Shown one piece after another: positions 61,187 to 64,000 of a stretch of 64,000 bases of DNA. A program made the translations under genes and the position numbers. This stretch comes from an uncultured Gammaproteobacteria bacterium (lineage in GTDB: Bacteria; Patescibacteriota; Microgenomatia; Levybacterales; UBA12049): contig CAZFRF010000001.1 of the NCBI GenBank assembly GCA_964521295.1, positions 398,146 to 462,145 of the forward strand, written 5' to 3'. Position 1 is the stretch's first letter. Each line of letters begins with the position of its first letter. The notes under the pieces were generated by a model. It saw only the letters and a program-made list of their open reading frames with translations. It searched no databases and was not told the DNA's origin.

Positions 61187-61684
61187 CTACAGCAAGAAGA
61201 TGAAACCAATTCCTAAAATCGCAATTGCAACACCTATGATACCAAAACTTAATAGGTTATTTGGTCCAGTTTCAGGAATACTTCCAGCTCCCTTAACATT
61301 AGTGCTTAGCGTTTGTGACCAAGGACCATAAGAGCAGTTGTTTACTGCTCTAACCTTAAAGAAATAATTGGTTTTAGGAAATAAATCATGAACAACATAC
61401 TTAACTGCTCCATCAAGTATACCCATATTTACAACAGTTGAATATGCGTCAGCTGAGCTAGTTAATCCGTAAGAAATTACATACCCTGTAAAAGTTGATT
61501 TAGGTTGAGCAAAATATAATGTCGCAGAAGTACTACTGTAATTTATTTGGTACAAATTTGGAGCATCAGTTGGAGTCTCATAGCTACAATTGTCATCTGC
61601 CAATACCACACGAGGAGTTAAACCTAGCAAGAAAATAAAAGCTAAGGTTACAAAACCTGCCACAAAAAGTTTAAAAGGTTTCAT
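61187..61684 (-). CDS. Fibronectin type III surface protein with IPETG + TM tail
   Basis: Signal peptide, FN3 YFFKVRAVN...GPWS, IPETG followed by a hydrophobic helix. Confidence 0.75.
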   Translation of the reverse strand: MKPFKLFVAGFVTLAFIFLLGLTPRVVLADDNCSYETPTDAPNLYQINYSSTSATLYFAQPKSTFTGYVISYGLTSSADAYSTVVNMGILDGAVKYVVHDLFPKTNYFFKVRAVNNCSYGPWSQTLSTNVKGAGSIPETGPNNLLSFGIIGVAIAILGIGFIFLL

Positions 61685-61787
61685 TCCTTATATATCTATA
61701 TTAGCACTTTTTGATCGTAACAATGCAATATGCAAATTAATATAGGATTTTAGATCTAATTGTAATTATTGTAAGATTTTAAGTTTT

Positions 61788-64000
61788 TTAGAAAAGAAAT
61801 ATTCTTAAAGTTCTTAATCTATCTTTGAGTGAAATTTTTGACAAAAAAAGCTTTGATACATACTCTCTTTTTCTATAAATTCTAAGGAGTGAATAAACAC
61901 TGATCACAAATAATAAAAAAATGAAATATGTTATTTCTCTTGTTTGACGAGCAACCCTAACAGTCTTATTAAGATTCATCGCCCCCAAAACACTTGGGGG
62001 TTCATTATTTGTTAATAGAGTATTTATAGGTACATCTAAAATATTAAATGAACTTTCTGCCTCTGCTGAAACACTATGATTATCTGGTCCCACATTCCCT
62101 TCAACTAAAGCAACTGCTAAATATTTACCGTCTACTGCATCTTTAGACAATACTAAACCTGTAGAAAGCTTTGCGGTCTTCCCCGATGGAATATCTCCAA
62201 TATCAAATATTCCTCCGCCCATTGATTTACCATCTTTAACTAAATAAAGTTTTAGTTTTGTACCATATACTTTTCCTGCGCCTGAATTTTTAACTTTTAC
62301 AAAAAAAGTTACTGTATCTCCAGGATAAACATATTGACCTACATTATTTGTTTGCTCAACGCTAAGCAATCCTCCCTCTTCTTGTTTTGCATTTTCTTCA
62401 CTTTTTCCACTATCGATCTCTGTCTGATTATTGTGCTCAGTAGGTGCTTTATTATCTAATGCATCAAACTCAGTTTTTCCACCAATATCTCCCGCCCAAT
62501 CACCAAAGATATTTAAAAAACCAAAAAAACCTACTGAATTTATAAAATTTGCATTCACAAAATTCACTAACGAAACAGCACTATATGCATTCCCAGTATT
62601 AATACTCCCTTTCCCATTGACTAAATTTTGCCCTGTATTTGCATAAGAGGAAATATTATTCTCTACGTACGCACTATTATAGATAGTTAAATCTCCAACG
62701 CATGAGGTACAATTACTTGAATCTTCAGGCAAAAGCCCACCTGATGAAAAAAATGAAAGATTTGATCCTCCCGATTCCTTTACAAATCCATTCCATCCGA
62801 TAAAGTCACCTAGCCAATTCCCGACTAAATTAATAAACAAACCATATACACTTGTATTTACATAATTTGCATTAATTAAATTTAAATTATTTACAATTGA
62901 AGCAGCGTTACCACTATCTATTGTCCCATTACCTTTGATAGTATTTTGCCCACTGTTTGCAGAGGAATCTATATTATTAACAACTGTTGCATTGTTTTCT
63001 GCTACTAGTGACATTCCGCATTCAACACAAGAACTGGTTTTTATATCTGGAAGAATTATATTGCCATTTAATTTTCCAAAAACATTTATCGAAACAACAT
63101 GAACCACTGAATTTACGATTGTAAAATTAACTTTATTTAAAAGCGATACAATTGAATAGGCATCGCCCGTATTAACAATTGCTTTAAGATCAGATTCTCC
63201 AGAATTTATAGAATTTTGCCCTGTATTTGCATAAGATATTGCATTATTTGAAACAAAAGCATAATTTTCTAAATTTGTAAAAGAAACATTTATTATTTGA
63301 TCATCAGGATGATCTTGAATCATTGATGATGCTACTTCAAAAGGATCAGAAAGGTTTAAATCTCCAGATTGATCAATAAATATATTAACTGTCTGATAAA
63401 CCACCTGAGAATTAACCGAATTTGTATTTACCGAATTATCAAGTATTGTTTCAGACAAAGCATTACCACTTTGAATCTCTCCTCCCTGAAACTCTTCTAC
63501 TGTACATGAATTATCATTTTCATTAGAAACAGGAACCATTGATGCTGCAACAGATGCAATGACATTCTGCCCAGTATTACTATCTGAATTAATGTTGTTA
63601 TTTATTTCTCCATTATTTACCAAGCTTACTGAACTAGACTCTGAATTATGAATACTCTCAAATGATGAAGACGTTGAATTTTCAGCATCTTCCTGATCAG
63701 TCTCTAAAGGTTGATCCACAGGTGTATCTTGCACTATTTCACTTGTTTGACTTAATGGATTCATTACTGCTTCTTCAACAGGAGAAGGTGTTGGCGTTAA
63801 ATCAATAATATTCTCTCCAGTATTGGAAACCGTTTGTGTATTAGTTTCTAATATTGCATTATTCTGCTCTGTTATTGTTGGCTCTAAATTCGGAGCCTCT
63901 GTTGCTACTTGAGGAACATCGGATTCTATTTCATCAGCAAATGCAATCCTTGGTACTAAGATATTATTTAGCATTAAAAATGCTATTAAAATAATTGATA
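61788..64000 (-). CDS. Large Asn-rich repetitive surface protein (5' end outside the window)
   Basis: Frame stays open upstream of 63974 (SIILIAFL-M...IAFA signal peptide); repeated N(T/S)G(Q/E)N units; Ig-like domain; C-terminal TM. Confidence 0.75.
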   Translation of the reverse strand, partial: SIILIAFLMLNNILVPRIAFADEIESDVPQVATEAPNLEPTITEQNNAILETNTQTVSNTGENIIDLTPTPSPVEEAVMNPLSQTSEIVQDTPVDQPLETDQEDAENSTSSSFESIHNSESSSVSLVNNGEINNNINSDSNTGQNVIASVAASMVPVSNENDNSCTVEEFQGGEIQSGNALSETILDNSVNTNSVNSQVVYQTVNIFIDQSGDLNLSDPFEVASSMIQDHPDDQIINVSFTNLENYAFVSNNAISYANTGQNSINSGESDLKAIVNTGDAYSIVSLLNKVNFTIVNSVVHVVSINVFGKLNGNIILPDIKTSSCVECGMSLVAENNATVVNNIDSSANSGQNTIKGNGTIDSGNAASIVNNLNLINANYVNTSVYGLFINLVGNWLGDFIGWNGFVKESGGSNLSFFSSGGLLPEDSSNCTSCVGDLTIYNSAYVENNISSYANTGQNLVNGKGSINTGNAYSAVSLVNFVNANFINSVGFFGFLNIFGDWAGDIGGKTEFDALDNKAPTEHNNQTEIDSGKSEENAKQEEGGLLSVEQTNNVGQYVYPGDTVTFFVKVKNSGAGKVYGTKLKLYLVKDGKSMGGGIFDIGDIPSGKTAKLSTGLVLSKDAVDGKYLAVALVEGNVGPDNHSVSAEAESSFNILDVPINTLLTNNEPPSVLGAMNLNKTVRVARQTREITYFIFLLFVISVYSLLRIYRKREYVSKLFLSKISLKDRLRTLRIFLF

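Noticed and set aside
1-64000. CRISPR array, rRNA, IS transposase, prophage structural genes
   Set aside because: None seen: no regularly spaced repeats, long RNA-like gaps or matching ORFs (inspection by eye only)

Overview
AT-rich bacterial chromosomal window. The gene content suggests a Patescibacteria/CPR (Microgenomates-like) genome; this is an inference, not a taxonomic assignment. Three parts: (1) 1-24.8 kb is a dense surface-glycosylation cluster (GT2/GT4 enzymes, a Wzx flippase and nine multi-pass GT-C/YfhO/ArnT-like proteins). (2) A ~26.1 kb integrative conjugative-type element sits at the 3' end of tRNA-Glu(CTC), with GTAC cores at 24941-24944 and 51042-51045. It encodes a large serine recombinase, a VirD4-like coupling protein, a Replic_Relax relaxase, a pilin/VirB6/PrgI/VirB4/M23 module, an XRE regulator, a PLD nuclease and ~14.4 kb of copper/disulfide cargo with CsoR and BlaI/BlaR-like regulators. 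(3) 51-64 kb holds host genes (gmk-like, lon, MgtE-N/NRAMP pair, msrB, surface proteins). Main observation: the att site lies inside the recombinase ORF. When integrated, the protein ends in a 4-aa tail read from the tRNA antisense strand. Joining the two ends in silico gives an in-frame 27-aa alternative C-terminus whose stop overlaps the start codon of the PLD nuclease gene, and the integrated state supplies the tRNA's encoded CCA. All family calls come from motif recognition by eye; no database searches were run.
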